This document shows, in pieces, positions 63,244 to 64,000 of a stretch of 64,000 nt of DNA. A program made the translations under genes and the position numbers. Source of the stretch: an uncultured Christensenella sp. (GTDB taxonomy: Bacteria > Bacillota > Clostridia > Christensenellales > Borkfalkiaceae); the NCBI GenBank assembly GCA_910585685.1, contig CAJUEO010000003.1, positions 45,004 through 109,003 on the forward strand, read 5' to 3'. Each line of letters opens with the position of its first letter. Positions within the stretch are counted from its first letter, which is position 1. The notes below the pieces were generated by a model, which saw only the letters and a list, made by a program, of their open reading frames with translations, ran no database searches and had not been told where the DNA came from.

Positions 63244-64000
63244 CCTTACTGTAATTTCAATTGTTTCCACGGCGGAAAACGCGCTAAACAGACTTAAAAA
63301 GGCGGAAGTAGCCGTTTTTAACTGCAAAAAAGAGGGCGCGGAATTTATATTTTCCATAAAAAGCAAAGATATTAAAAAAGTTTTTGCAATTTTCAATAAA
63401 CCGTGTTATAATATTAAAGTCAAAAAGCACGGTTTAATTCGGCGTATTTTGTCGTTTGCCGCACTCAGAGTAGGGCTGTTGGTCGGCGCGGTTGCGTTTG
63501 TTGCGCTTGCCGCCGTTTCCAACTCGTTTGTGTTGAAAATCGAAGTGAGCGGCAGCGGCAGTTATTTGGAGCCCGAGATACGGCGCATAGTTCTCGACGA
63601 AGGCGCGGCGGAATTTAAAAGCTTTTCCGCCTTTAACGGCGCGACGGCTACGGGCAGAATTCTTGCCCTTCCTCAGGTTACTTACTGCAACATTTTAAAA
63701 AAGGGCAGCGTGCTTATTGTCGACGTTCAGGTTGACGAAGAGCACTACGCTTCGCAGGAACAGGGCAGCCTTTTGAGCGATTGCGACGGGGTTGTCAAAA
63801 ATGTAGTGGCGGTGTGCGGAACTGCGGCGGTAAATGTCGGTGACGCTGTAAAACGCGGAGACGCGCTTATTTACGCTCACACCGTTATAGGTGAAGAACA
63901 GCAAAGCTGCCTTGCGGTGGGATATGCCGAGATAGAGCTTTATCGCACCGTGGAATACTTTGCCGACGAGGATAACGAGCAGAACCTGAAAGAAGCGTAC
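63236..64000 (+). CDS. yqfD: sporulation protein YqfD, 3' end cut by the window edge (not in the ORF track)
   Basis: My own translation from the TTG at 63236 stays open to the window end (255 codons): MTDLTVISIVSTAENALNRLKKAEVAVFNCKK...RRILSFAALRVGLLVGAVAFVALAAVSNSFVLKIEVSGS...AVKRGDALIY. The layout matches YqfD: an N-terminal domain, a TM helix, then an IEV.G block. Confidence 0.7.
   Translation, partial: MTDLTVISIVSTAENALNRLKKAEVAVFNCKKEGAEFIFSIKSKDIKKVFAIFNKPCYNIKVKKHGLIRRILSFAALRVGLLVGAVAFVALAAVSNSFVLKIEVSGSGSYLEPEIRRIVLDEGAAEFKSFSAFNGATATGRILALPQVTYCNILKKGSVLIVDVQVDEEHYASQEQGSLLSDCDGVVKNVVAVCGTAAVNVGDAVKRGDALIYAHTVIGEEQQSCLAVGYAEIELYRTVEYFADEDNEQNLKEAY

Overview
This 64 kb chromosomal segment comes from a spore-forming Firmicutes/Clostridia-type genome. 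Evidence for that: GGAGG-type ribosome binding sites, frequent TTG/GTG starts, many Rho-independent terminators, and the sporulation genes ylmC, yqfC, yqfD, DUF421 and DUF4363. Gene content is mostly housekeeping:
- a folate operon (folC-folE-folP-folB/K)
- ppx, maf, a divergent mreB-like gene, lepA, hemW
- guaB and guaA
- asd-dapA-dapB behind a probable lysine riboswitch
- an ArsR/CadA metal-efflux pair
- a purine permease plus adenine deaminase
- secA-prfB-tsaD, a type-2 ileS, feoAB, an RluA-type synthase and an S41 peptidase

I found no rRNA, tRNA, CRISPR array, integrase, transposase or reverse transcriptase.

The non-core content worth attention:
1. A terminator-bracketed two-helicase cassette (17.3-25.4 kb). 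It holds a HelD-like helicase followed by a 1873-aa DUF4011 / Upf1-like SF1 helicase / Vsr-like nuclease / DUF3320 protein. This is the best candidate for a defence-type system.
2. A tightly coupled four-gene partner-switching module (STAS, pseudo-kinase, SigB-type sigma factor, mini-kinase).
3. A degenerate MinD/MinE pair next to yqfC-yqfD.
4. A G9 tract in the promoter spacer of a surface-lipoprotein gene, a phase-variation candidate.
5. Two small XRE-centred loci, each with three operator-like inverted repeats.
6. Several orphan lipoprotein and surface-protein genes.

All functional calls come from motif recognition by eye. No database search was run.
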